The notes under the pieces were generated by a model. That model ran no database searches, was not told the DNA's origin, and saw only the letters and a list, made by a program, of their open reading frames with translations. Position numbers and translations under genes: made by a program. From a virus (Duplodnaviria; Caudoviricetes), in IMG/VR virus record IMGVR_UViG_3300044843_000038, positions 1-37,240 of that record: a DNA stretch of 37,240 nt. One strand, written 5' to 3'. Shown in pieces: positions 15,032 through 23,456 of the stretch. The first letter of the stretch is position 1. Each line of letters starts with the position of its first letter.

Positions 15032-15611
15032 AGATTGGTACAAAGCAAGACTAGGCCACGTAACCGCGTCTAGGGCTTCAGACGCGATTGCAAAGCAAGG
15101 TACGGCTACTAGACGGAACTACGCAATCCAGCTCGTCACAGAGCGTTTAACGGGCTTGCAGAGCGATTCCTTCACGAACGCTGCTATGCAGTGGGGTACA
15201 GAACAAGAACCTATCGCTAGGGTCGCGTATGAGCAGCATACAGGCTCGATTGTGGAGCAGACAGGCTTTCACAAGCACAAGAGCATAGAATGGCTTGGAG
15301 CCTCTCCTGATGGGTTTGTAGGCTCAGGTCTGATTGAGATCAAGTGTCCTAACTCAAACACTCACGTTGATTATTTATTAGCAAAGGAGGTTCCCACTAA
15401 GTACAAGTCTCAAATGCTCACTCAAATGCTCGTGACAAACAAGACATGGTGCGACTTTGTAAGTTTCGACCCAAGGCTTCCCGATCACTTGCAGTTATTC
15501 ATTGTTAGATATGAACCAAAGCCAGAGGAGTTCAAGATCATTGAGCTACAACTCACGAACTTTCTAGCCGAGGTGTCAGAAATGGAGAAATCGCTATGCC
15601 AAAAGAACTAA
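15015..15611 (+). CDS. YqaJ/lambda-type exonuclease
   Basis: QRTEDW..ARLG..TAS, GASPDG, IEIKCP, FVSFDPR. Confidence 0.93.
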   Translation: MEQRTEDWYKARLGHVTASRASDAIAKQGTATRRNYAIQLVTERLTGLQSDSFTNAAMQWGTEQEPIARVAYEQHTGSIVEQTGFHKHKSIEWLGASPDGFVGSGLIEIKCPNSNTHVDYLLAKEVPTKYKSQMLTQMLVTNKTWCDFVSFDPRLPDHLQLFIVRYEPKPEEFKIIELQLTNFLAEVSEMEKSLCQKN

Positions 15612-15811
15612 CCGGAAGTATCAGCAAGAACAAGAAAAAAGAAAAAGACGCTCACCCTGATTACCGCGGGTCAGCGACTATAGGAGGGATTGACTACTGG
15701 GTATCAGGTTGGGTTAACGAGGGCTCTGATGGTAAGTATCTGGGTCTAAAGTTCCAACAGAAGGATGGAGAGTCAAAACCCGCAAAACAAGACGATGACG
15801 TACCGTTCTGA
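15596..15811 (+). CDS. Small SSB-like protein (DUF736-like)
   Basis: HPDYRG...YWVSGW; acidic DDDVPF tail. Confidence 0.8.
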   Translation: MPKELTGSISKNKKKEKDAHPDYRGSATIGGIDYWVSGWVNEGSDGKYLGLKFQQKDGESKPAKQDDDVPF

Positions 15812-15821
15812 GGAGAAAGAT

Positions 15822-16052
15822 ATGCACCTAAGCAAACACCAAAGCCTGTTGAGGCAGGCTTATATTGTTAGACCCAAGCTCATAACCGACGATTCTCCTG
15901 CTTTAGATAAAGCGATCAGGACCATCGAGAGCGAGAATCCCAGTGCTTTCTGGAAAGAGAAAGACTTTGAAAAGCGGAGGTTCTACCATGCGCCACGCCC
16001 AGGCACTCCTTATGCGTCTGCTGTCCATGCGTGGCCGAAAGATCTCTTATGA
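15822..16052 (+). CDS. Hypothetical protein (76 aa)
   Basis: AGGAG RBS, ATG 15822. Confidence 0.75.
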   Translation: MHLSKHQSLLRQAYIVRPKLITDDSPALDKAIRTIESENPSAFWKEKDFEKRRFYHAPRPGTPYASAVHAWPKDLL

Positions 16053-16234
16053 ACTGGAGAGAGCTAATCAAAAATCAAACCAGGAACGAGAAGTTCAGGC
16101 CCGTCGAAGAAATATGGAGGGAATACGGATGGAAGCCACCAAGTACCGAGTGTCCAGAGACGATGGCTAAACACAAAGCGTTTAAGGAATGGTCGATCCG
16201 TGGCATCGTGGATCAACCTTATCAAGCAAGTTAA
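16049..16234 (+). CDS. Hypothetical protein (61 aa)
   Basis: ATGA-coupled; WREYGWKPPS motif. Confidence 0.75.
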   Translation: MNWRELIKNQTRNEKFRPVEEIWREYGWKPPSTECPETMAKHKAFKEWSIRGIVDQPYQAS

Positions 16235-16475
16235 ATCTTCGGACGTTGAGGAGATCGCGGCAGCGTATGAGAAAGCGCTGCCGTTTGTCGTTCAGGATTG
16301 GGCGAAGATGATCCTAAAACTTCCTAGGACTAAAAGACTCCCAATTATCGAGAAGATAGACAGGGTTCACGGAGACAAGATTGGGCAAATGGTCAGGGAC
16401 GAAGTCACCGCGCAACACCGCGACTTTTCTCGAAAGACCTCATCCCAGCAATCCCCAACATCCCGCTCAAAATAA
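16200..16475 (+). CDS. Hypothetical protein
   Basis: GTG start, AAGGA upstream; last gene of the plus-strand block. Confidence 0.7.
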   Translation: MASWINLIKQVKSSDVEEIAAAYEKALPFVVQDWAKMILKLPRTKRLPIIEKIDRVHGDKIGQMVRDEVTAQHRDFSRKTSSQQSPTSRSK

Positions 16476-16818
16476 CCCATAGCGCGTCTGTGTCGAGCAT
16501 GGGAGGAGGCGATACCTCACGAGGAACATAACCCTCTGCCTGCAACCAGGTCCATGCCCAAACAAGTAAAGGGTAAAGCAGGAACTGGTAAAACATCGCA
16601 CCTGCACCAACCCAACCAATAGCAGGTCTCCAGCCGGCAACGAATAAGTTTTGGTTCGCAGCCTCGACCTTGTTGACTTCCATCTGACCGAGATCAATAG
16701 CCTGGTCAATGCGTTTGGCTTCGAGCTCAAGCTGCATCCGCTCTTTATCGGTTGTTATCAGGTCCGATGCGACCTTACCAACAGACTCGATCACCGACCC
16801 TATGCCTAAGAAGTTCAT
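16405..16818 (-). CDS. Holin of 3TMs (GTA-holin-like)
   Basis: NKVEA...FVAGWRPAIGW...GMLGIAGMRSFEK; ATGA-coupled to endolysin. Confidence 0.88.
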   Translation of the reverse strand: MNFLGIGSVIESVGKVASDLITTDKERMQLELEAKRIDQAIDLGQMEVNKVEAANQNLFVAGWRPAIGWVGAGAMFYQFLLYPLLVWAWTWLQAEGYVPREVSPPPMLDTDALWVILSGMLGIAGMRSFEKSRGVAR

Positions 16819-17324
16819 AATTTCAACGTCCGATTTAGCCAACCAAGTAAAAACTTCATCTGGCTTCTGTCTCTGGTCACGATGTCACGATAACGAGCGA
16901 TCTTTGCAAGCGCGTAGTAGGCCACAAATAGCTCAGGATTGGCTTGGTTGAGTGCTTGTACGGTCTTGGGTCCAATAGAACCGTCTGGAGCGGTTTTAAC
17001 GCATATCTGGGCGAGTTTAGAAGCGACAGAAACGCCTGTGTTGACTGCAAAGTTAAAGATAGAAGAAGCGATTACGTCTGACTCAATTTCATCGCCTCTG
17101 ATCTTGTTCCAGAAATTGACTTTGTAGAAGTCTCGGACCATTTGAGTAGGAGGTGTCTCTGTGTAGTCAATGTACTGCCAACCCTCCCAGTTAGGATTCA
17201 TCTTGCGAGCAATACCTGCGTAGGTCATTCCACCTCGATCACCAGGAACCTCATGGAGAACGTAACCGCCCTCGTCCTCCATCATCTTATCGAAAGCCGA
17301 CTCAAAGCTAGCCAATTGCTTCAC
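16815..17324 (-). CDS. Endolysin, glycoside hydrolase family 108 with C-terminal PG-binding domain
   Basis: EGGY...DRGGMTYAGI, FNFAVNTG, DGSIGPKT, GWLNR. Confidence 0.93.
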   Translation of the reverse strand: MKQLASFESAFDKMMEDEGGYVLHEVPGDRGGMTYAGIARKMNPNWEGWQYIDYTETPPTQMVRDFYKVNFWNKIRGDEIESDVIASSIFNFAVNTGVSVASKLAQICVKTAPDGSIGPKTVQALNQANPELFVAYYALAKIARYRDIVTRDRSQMKFLLGWLNRTLKL

Positions 17325-18246
17325 CCCTAAAATAAGCGGTTCCTTCTATAACCTCGCATAACTCCGGTGGAAGAAGCCTACCGTTTTGGAACTTTAGAAT
17401 CGCAAAGCCCTGACACCAAGGAACGGGATTATCCTCCATGTAATTAAACTGATCGCCATCAGGATCTGCAAGCATACCCGTAGACACACCATATCGACGA
17501 CCAGTGTAGTCGCCCCAACCTTTGACTTCTAAGAGGTGGGTATGCCCTGAGACGGTAGAGATGCCAGCTTTCAGGACATTGTTGTATCCAGAGTGGATGC
17601 CCCCGTGCTGAAGTCGATGCTTAACCATGCAGACCTCGTTGACCATCACCGACCAAGATACCGTCCATTCTGGGATATGGTCCTTAAGACATGTTCCACC
17701 GATACCCTTGAACTCAGGAACCTGCCCTGCCAAACGCCTATCGAAGCGTATATCGTGGTTTCCTGTTGTTCTATGCAGGAATGTTCCTAGACCCTTACAA
17801 GCCTTGACGATCTTATCCATGTGCCACTGGACCGCTTCGAGTTCATCCCTAAGACTCGCAACAGGACTCCAATCCATAGGACCGTATCTTGAGATGGTCC
17901 CTCCGTCCAAGATGTCGCCGTTAGCAATAATTGCTTTAGGCTTGAGCATCTTGATAACTTTAAGAAGCGCGTTAAACCCTACAGAAGGCTCGCCAGGCAT
18001 AAAGTGAGCGTCACTAAAAACCAAGACGTAACCATCAACGGTTAGGATAGACCTTTTGGCGTTTTGAGGAATAGTAAGAGAGTGATCTGAGTCGAGGAAT
18101 AAACCGTAACGTGACTCGATAGACCTGCGCCTGGCGTAGACACTGCGCTGCGAAGTTTTAAGAGCTCTTGCAACCGCAGCAGGACTTTTTAGCTCTCGGA
18201 ATAGCGCGATGAACTCATCGTCGCTGCATTTTGCGTTGTGAACCAT
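17308..18246 (-). CDS. Calcineurin-like metallophosphoesterase with N-terminal HTH-like segment
   Basis: SDAH, NGDILD, GNHD, GHTH motifs. Confidence 0.9.
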   Translation of the reverse strand: MVHNAKCSDDEFIALFRELKSPAAVARALKTSQRSVYARRRSIESRYGLFLDSDHSLTIPQNAKRSILTVDGYVLVFSDAHFMPGEPSVGFNALLKVIKMLKPKAIIANGDILDGGTISRYGPMDWSPVASLRDELEAVQWHMDKIVKACKGLGTFLHRTTGNHDIRFDRRLAGQVPEFKGIGGTCLKDHIPEWTVSWSVMVNEVCMVKHRLQHGGIHSGYNNVLKAGISTVSGHTHLLEVKGWGDYTGRRYGVSTGMLADPDGDQFNYMEDNPVPWCQGFAILKFQNGRLLPPELCEVIEGTAYFRGEAIG

Positions 18247-18490
18247 GAAGCCCCCAGTGCTCGACGCTTTGGATCATCTTTCGCGGGATCACTAGCGATT
18301 GAGCTATTGCGTCATCCGTAACGGACTGACAAATCTTCAGGCCACGCTCATTATCTGCAACTAAAAAGCCAATTGAAGTAACAAGCGGAATCTGAAACTC
18401 GGCGGCTTTTTCGAGGCTTTCACCCCACCCTAAAGTGTCATGCGCTGCATCTTCCCAAACTACTTTAACTATCTGAGGGAGATTTTTCAT
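18215..18490 (-). CDS. Hypothetical phage protein
   Basis: V.WEDA...W...SIGFL...IPR motif pattern; packed in the lysis region. Confidence 0.75.
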   Translation of the reverse strand: MKNLPQIVKVVWEDAAHDTLGWGESLEKAAEFQIPLVTSIGFLVADNERGLKICQSVTDDAIAQSLVIPRKMIQSVEHWGLHGSQRKMQRR

Positions 18491-18683
18491 TCTTCTTGTC
18501 TTTTATCGCGTGATACCACTTCCAGACAAGCCAACCGGATTGAAGCACAATATATAACAACGTGGCAAGTGCAACCCATTCATTGAGTGTTAATCCACCA
18601 ACAGTAACAGCCGTTGTTATGGCTATGGGAGGCGCTGCTTTTACAGCTTCCGTGATGACATCAGACTTTTGTTCCGGCGACAT
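18465..18683 (-). CDS. Putative holin
   Basis: GLTLNEWVALATLLYIVLQ hydrophobic segment, basic C-tail, first gene of the lysis block. Confidence 0.7.
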   Translation of the reverse strand: MSPEQKSDVITEAVKAAPPIAITTAVTVGGLTLNEWVALATLLYIVLQSGWLVWKWYHAIKDKKNEKSPSDS

Positions 18684-18690
18684 GACAACC

Positions 18691-19350
18691 TCATACGGCT
18701 ACTTTACGAATGGCTCTCACAACTAAGGATTGATTCTTAGCGTTGTTGAACTGACCACCGTCTATAAAGTCAATCCTCGTCGCTGTTGTCAAACCTACAC
18801 CTGCATTGGTAGAACTCCATGTTCTTGCTGACGTAGCAAAGGCTTCAGAGCCACCAGATTGAAAGGCAGCTACAGAGGTTTGTGCAGGCGTTCCTGTTGT
18901 GTAGTTAGAGCCTCTGGAAGGCACTGCATAAGAATTAGTGCCGTAAGACGTAGAGTTGGATGCCGTTGTCGGTTTCAGGTTGTAGTAACAGATCTCTAAT
19001 TCATACAAAGCAGGCAGATACCAGTCTGAGTAGCCGTTGATTGTTAGTGCGGCACACCACTGAGCAGCAGGATAAGTAGCTGAGTCTAGCTCTGCTGTGT
19101 TAGTCGCCCCATCGTAAGAAGATAAACCTAAAGAGTCTGAGGTTGCAGCGGTCTTGTAGTTGATAGACGCGTTCTCACCTGATGACTTAGGCGAGACAAG
19201 TAGGTAATAGGTATTGCCACCAAAGGAGATCTGTCCTGCGTAGTAGCCACCCTCCCAGAACTCACCGATAGCAGACGGTCCAAAGCGATTACGAGCACCT
19301 GGGCCAAAACCTCTGACAGAACCGCCTCCTAATGCTTCTAGGACAGGCAT
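18691..19350 (-). CDS. DUF1566/Lcl-like (C-type lectin fold) virion-associated protein
   Basis: GYSDWYLPALYEL...TWSST...VVRAIRK. Confidence 0.75.
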   Translation of the reverse strand: MPVLEALGGGSVRGFGPGARNRFGPSAIGEFWEGGYYAGQISFGGNTYYLLVSPKSSGENASINYKTAATSDSLGLSSYDGATNTAELDSATYPAAQWCAALTINGYSDWYLPALYELEICYYNLKPTTASNSTSYGTNSYAVPSRGSNYTTGTPAQTSVAAFQSGGSEAFATSARTWSSTNAGVGLTTATRIDFIDGGQFNNAKNQSLVVRAIRKVAV

Positions 19351-19913
19351 TATGCGTACCTGGATTGACTAGCCAAGACAGTAAATGCTGCTGATCCTGT
19401 CTTGATGATGGAGTAGGAATACACGTCGATAGAACTAGCATTACCCGCGGTAGGAGCAGTACCACCTAGCCATTTAGGTGTAACCGATGAACCATCTACT
19501 TGCACCGCAGAGTTGTAGTAAGCAGTGCTTCCATTAGTGACTAAGAAGGCACAGGTTAAGACTTCTCCGGTCGCCATTGCGGTATTCAGTGACGTACCAG
19601 AAGAGGCTCTGAAGTTAACTGTAAAGTTCCCAGAGGCATTGGTTGTGTAGTACAGAACGCCTTGGGTTGTCGTGTCAAAGTTAATCGTACCTGTTGCTGC
19701 TGTTGCTGATACCGTGATTGTCTCAACAACACCTTGCAGCTTTGCACCGATCTGCGAGGATGTGGATGCTAGAGAGAGTTGTTTAGCAAAGGTTGCAGCC
19801 TGTGCAGAGGAAATCGTAAGTGCTAGCGTACCTCCGGTCTTGACCTCAAGAATGTCTGTGTTGTCAGACGTAATCGAGGTTCCAGCGGTAGCTGCATTAA
19901 GGACGTTAGCCAT
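19350..19913 (-). CDS. Tail-fibre-related structural protein
   Basis: Thr/Ser/Ala-rich; KWLGGTAPT...DVYSY motif of fibre C-terminal domains. Confidence 0.7.
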   Translation of the reverse strand: MANVLNAATAGTSITSDNTDILEVKTGGTLALTISSAQAATFAKQLSLASTSSQIGAKLQGVVETITVSATAATGTINFDTTTQGVLYYTTNASGNFTVNFRASSGTSLNTAMATGEVLTCAFLVTNGSTAYYNSAVQVDGSSVTPKWLGGTAPTAGNASSIDVYSYSIIKTGSAAFTVLASQSRYA

Positions 19914-20268
19914 TATTAACCTCTACCCAATTGACTGCTTCTTCATCCCACGAATACATCTTACCGTCTGTGGGCATCGCTACTGGAGCTTCCCACTGAG
20001 CATTAGCGTTTAATAGCCAGCTAGCAAAGGGCTTAGGCGGCACAAACGCCTCAATGTCTGCTCGGTAGGTGTAGCCAATCCCTGCGTAATTCTTTCTGAT
20101 GTTGCCGTTGTAGCTTGTCTGCTTCCACGTTCCACCGAGAATCTTCTCAAGGTGTGCAGCACCGATGTGTTCTTTCTCAACACCGCTAGCGTCTGAAGTG
20201 TCCTTGTTATCAACAACGACAACCTGCGTGACGATGTTGTTTTCATCAATCTTTGCGAAGTGAGCCAT
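19906..20268 (-). CDS. Tail-fibre-associated small protein
   Basis: MAHFAKID...WKQTSYN...RKNYAGIGYTY motif typical of aquatic phage tail modules. Confidence 0.7.
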   Translation of the reverse strand: MAHFAKIDENNIVTQVVVVDNKDTSDASGVEKEHIGAAHLEKILGGTWKQTSYNGNIRKNYAGIGYTYRADIEAFVPPKPFASWLLNANAQWEAPVAMPTDGKMYSWDEEAVNWVEVNNG

Positions 20269-20876
20269 TACGCCTCCAGCCTAAGTCCGGTTAAATCCAT
20301 TTCTTCCCCGACAACACCGACAGGAAAGGTATTAAAACTGAGTGAGATTCTTGTTTCTTCGCCTTTGACTTCAGGAACCATATGCGTGAGCGACGAAGGA
20401 AAGAGAATTAAACGCCCTGCATAAGCCTCAAACCACCACGATTCAGAGTTGTACGGGTTCCACTGGTCAGGTGGGAATTTGATCTGCTGCCAGCCATCTT
20501 TGTAGAAGTAAATCCTGTCATCAGGGTTGGTCTGGACGTAGAACACACCTGAGATGTAGCTATTAGGATGAGCGTGTTTGTGGTGGTACTGACCTTGCTC
20601 GCTATAGTTGCACCAGCTTTGCGTCACTCTCAGACTTACATTGTGCTTAGGATTGACTGTGGACTTGAAGTATTCCGATACAGCATCCTCTATGAACGAT
20701 CTTAGGTTCGTCAGTACAGGGCTACGAAGTACGAAGTTATCAGTGCTTGTGGTATTTCCCTGATTAGGTCTTGTCTGCAACTCACGGATGAAGAACAACT
20801 CCTCATCGCTTAATGGGCGACCTAGTTCAGCAAAGCCTACAGGTGTCGGAAAGAGATTATGCAATTGCATCTTCAA
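20268..20876 (-). CDS. 2OG-Fe(II) oxygenase (TIGR02466-like)
   Basis: LFPTP, SW.N, H.H.NS.ISGVFY, LILFPSSL.H.V, RISLSFN. Confidence 0.9.
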   Translation of the reverse strand: MKMQLHNLFPTPVGFAELGRPLSDEELFFIRELQTRPNQGNTTSTDNFVLRSPVLTNLRSFIEDAVSEYFKSTVNPKHNVSLRVTQSWCNYSEQGQYHHKHAHPNSYISGVFYVQTNPDDRIYFYKDGWQQIKFPPDQWNPYNSESWWFEAYAGRLILFPSSLTHMVPEVKGEETRISLSFNTFPVGVVGEEMDLTGLRLEA

Positions 20877-21111
20877 TTTCCTTTTGCTTGATGCCCATCT
20901 CTTCTAACTGTTCAGGTAGCCAGATCGTTGGGATGCTGTCCTCAAACTCCTTGATCTTGTCTATCACCCAATAAACTTCCTCAATACTCGGACAAGGTCT
21001 CGGATCATCCCAGCGTGTAAAGACGTTGTTAGAGATTTCCCACTTCGCCCCAGGACGAAGCAGGTGCATTGCTGTGTCTATTCCTAGGAACTTATAAACT
21101 TTTGTAGTCAT
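20857..21111 (-). CDS. XkdW-like tail assembly/chaperone protein
   Basis: LRPGAKW...W.DPRPCPS.EEV; follows the glycine-rich protein. Confidence 0.55.
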   Translation of the reverse strand: MTTKVYKFLGIDTAMHLLRPGAKWEISNNVFTRWDDPRPCPSIEEVYWVIDKIKEFEDSIPTIWLPEQLEEMGIKQKEIEDAIA

Positions 21112-21112
21112 G

Positions 21113-22705
21113 TTATTGATTGATTTTGATGATTACGATACCGGAGGAACCCGCAGCAGCAGAAGAAGGATTGATGGAACCGCCACCACCGCAACCACTA
21201 AATACAGGCCCGGGGCTTGCATTGCTTGTCGGTGTTCCTCCGTTATTGCCTAATGACGAACCACCCGTACCGGCAACAGGTGTTCCACCTCCAGCACCAC
21301 CTCCACCACCACTAGCATAAGTTACTGAAGAACCGGATATGGAGTTTGCAGTTCCAGCACCACCGTTTCCGGCAACGACTTGAACACCATTGGTTCCTGC
21401 ACCAGCAGAGCCACCACCACCACCACCGGATAAACCAACTCCGGGTTGATTTCCTGCTGCGCCGCCATTATTTCCCTGACTAGGACTTGTTGAAGGTGTA
21501 TTACCTGTTCCACCAGTACCAGTACCGTCGCCACCACCACCACCTGATCCACCGTTTGCGCCATTTGCCGCACCTGTGTAACCACCTCTTCCACCGGCAG
21601 TAGAAACAATTCCGGGCGATGCAAAAGGAGATGGGCTAGAACCACCAACAATAGATGAGTTGTTGCCGCTATTATTAGCCGCACCCCCACCACCTACAGT
21701 AATCGTGTAATCGCTTCCAGCGCTAACTGATTGTGCCGATCCAGTTCTATACCCACCTGCTCCACCGCCGCCACCTGCTCCACCGCTTGTGCTACCACCC
21801 CCACCACCCGCAACCACAAGGTAGTCAACAGAGGTCACACCAGTAGGACATTTCCACGTAGTCGTGCCTTTGAATACAAAGACGGTTTGGCTAGCAACGG
21901 TGTACTTTAGGATGACGATACCGGAGCCGCCTGTGCCTCCCGCTGTTCCGCCACCCCCACCACCACCGCCTGTATTTGCAGTCCCGTTTACACCAGGATC
22001 TCCTCCTGCCCCGCCTCCTCCTGCCCCGCCCGAACCCTGTGTTCCTGGGCCACCAGCGTTACGACCCCCGCCACCGCCAGCATAGGTTACGGATGAGCCA
22101 GAAATTGATGATGCCGCTCCAGCACCACCGTTACCCGCGCCGCTTGGTCCAGCAGCGCCGCCTACAGCACTTGCGCCACCACCACCACCACCTTGGGTAT
22201 AAGTAACAAGATTACTAAAACCAAGCCCACCGTTATTTCCTTGACTCGGAGAAACTGCCGGAGTGTTGCCAGAACCAACTACCCCGCCCCTGTTTGAATC
22301 AGCACAGCCACCACCAGACCCTCCGGAACCTGCCTGAGCAGCTCGTGCGCCACCACCACCGCCAGCAGATGTAATTGTATTAAAAACAGAATTGTTTCCG
22401 TTACCACCAATATTCCCTGGGTTAGTAAGTCCAGTACCTCCGGCTCCTACGGTAATTGTGTAATCCGTTCCTGCCGTGACGCTTAATCCAGTTCCAGTTC
22501 TAAACCCACCCGCACCTCCACCACCGCTCTCGTAGTCACCGCCAGCCCCACCACCAGCCACTACCAAATACTCCACACTCGTCACCCCAGCAGGGCATGT
22601 CCACGTAGAGGTAGCTGTAAAGGTTTGGATGACGGTGTAGCCACCACCGCCGCCCCCTGAACCAGCAAAGGCAGCAGCAATCATTGCACTTAATGCACCA
22701 GCCAT
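21113..22705 (-). CDS. Glycine-rich tail/adhesin protein with two tandem domains
   Basis: Two copies of TW.CP.GVTSV.YLVVAGGG...GGGGAGG...YTITVG.GG...GSGIVI. Confidence 0.85.
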   Translation of the reverse strand: MAGALSAMIAAAFAGSGGGGGGYTVIQTFTATSTWTCPAGVTSVEYLVVAGGGAGGDYESGGGGAGGFRTGTGLSVTAGTDYTITVGAGGTGLTNPGNIGGNGNNSVFNTITSAGGGGGARAAQAGSGGSGGGCADSNRGGVVGSGNTPAVSPSQGNNGGLGFSNLVTYTQGGGGGGASAVGGAAGPSGAGNGGAGAASSISGSSVTYAGGGGGRNAGGPGTQGSGGAGGGGAGGDPGVNGTANTGGGGGGGGTAGGTGGSGIVILKYTVASQTVFVFKGTTTWKCPTGVTSVDYLVVAGGGGGSTSGGAGGGGGAGGYRTGSAQSVSAGSDYTITVGGGGAANNSGNNSSIVGGSSPSPFASPGIVSTAGGRGGYTGAANGANGGSGGGGGDGTGTGGTGNTPSTSPSQGNNGGAAGNQPGVGLSGGGGGGSAGAGTNGVQVVAGNGGAGTANSISGSSVTYASGGGGGAGGGTPVAGTGGSSLGNNGGTPTSNASPGPVFSGCGGGGSINPSSAAAGSSGIVIIKINQ

Positions 22706-22706
22706 A

Positions 22707-23453
22707 TTAGGTCACTCCTGCACCAGAGACATACCATGTATCCGTAGCAACCTTAAGTAAGGTAGCCATTCCTTTTGTCGCCACTGTCCTGTTACCCGTA
22801 GCACCATTGGCAAGCTGAAAGGTAACACCAGCACCAGAGATCGTAAGGTTTCCAGAGTTGTTATTAACGACAAGGATCGTTGTACCCACATCAATCGCAG
22901 TAGTTGCGTTTGTGTTTACCGTAAGGGTTGCTGTAGAGCCACCAGTGAAGTAAATATGTTTACCTGCATCGCTTGCAGCCACAGTCGTATTCGTGCTCTG
23001 TGGAGCGCCGATATAACCAACCTTGTTAGTACCGTCTACCGTGCAGTTAGATAAGTTACCCGATGTAGGTGTGCCTAAGATCGGAGTTACTAAGGTAGGT
23101 GTATTAGCAAAAACATTAGCACCTGTACCTGTCTCATCCGTTAGTGCTGCTGCTAAGTTTGCAGACGATGGTGTGGCTAGGAAGGTAGCTACGTTAGAAC
23201 CTAGACCCGATACACCTGAAACTGGTAAGCCTGTACAGTTTGTAAGCGTACCTGACGATGGTGTGCCTAACGCACCGCCAGAGGTTAGTCCTGTAGCAAA
23301 GGTTAAGTTGCCTGAGCCATCAGTTTGTAGAAACTGATTAGCGCTACCGTCTGTGCCAGGAAGCGTAAAGGTTGTGTTGCTGCTGGTATTGGCAGATTGG
23401 ACGGTTGTTGTCCCTGTCCCAGAAGCGTTACCCTGAAGTTTGATCTTTGACAT
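22707..23453 (-). CDS. Tail fibre-like protein
   Basis: TLPGTDGSANQFLQTDGSGNLTF and LGTPSSGTLTNCTGLP fibre motifs. Confidence 0.75.
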   Translation of the reverse strand: MSKIKLQGNASGTGTTTVQSANTSSNTTFTLPGTDGSANQFLQTDGSGNLTFATGLTSGGALGTPSSGTLTNCTGLPVSGVSGLGSNVATFLATPSSANLAAALTDETGTGANVFANTPTLVTPILGTPTSGNLSNCTVDGTNKVGYIGAPQSTNTTVAASDAGKHIYFTGGSTATLTVNTNATTAIDVGTTILVVNNNSGNLTISGAGVTFQLANGATGNRTVATKGMATLLKVATDTWYVSGAGVT

Positions 23454-23456
23454 AAG

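Noticed and set aside
18691-19350. Complete diversity-generating retroelement
   Set aside because: No reverse transcriptase ORF or TR/VR pair seen
21120-22206. Pro-rich plus-strand ORFs
   Set aside because: Antisense shadows of the polyglycine codons
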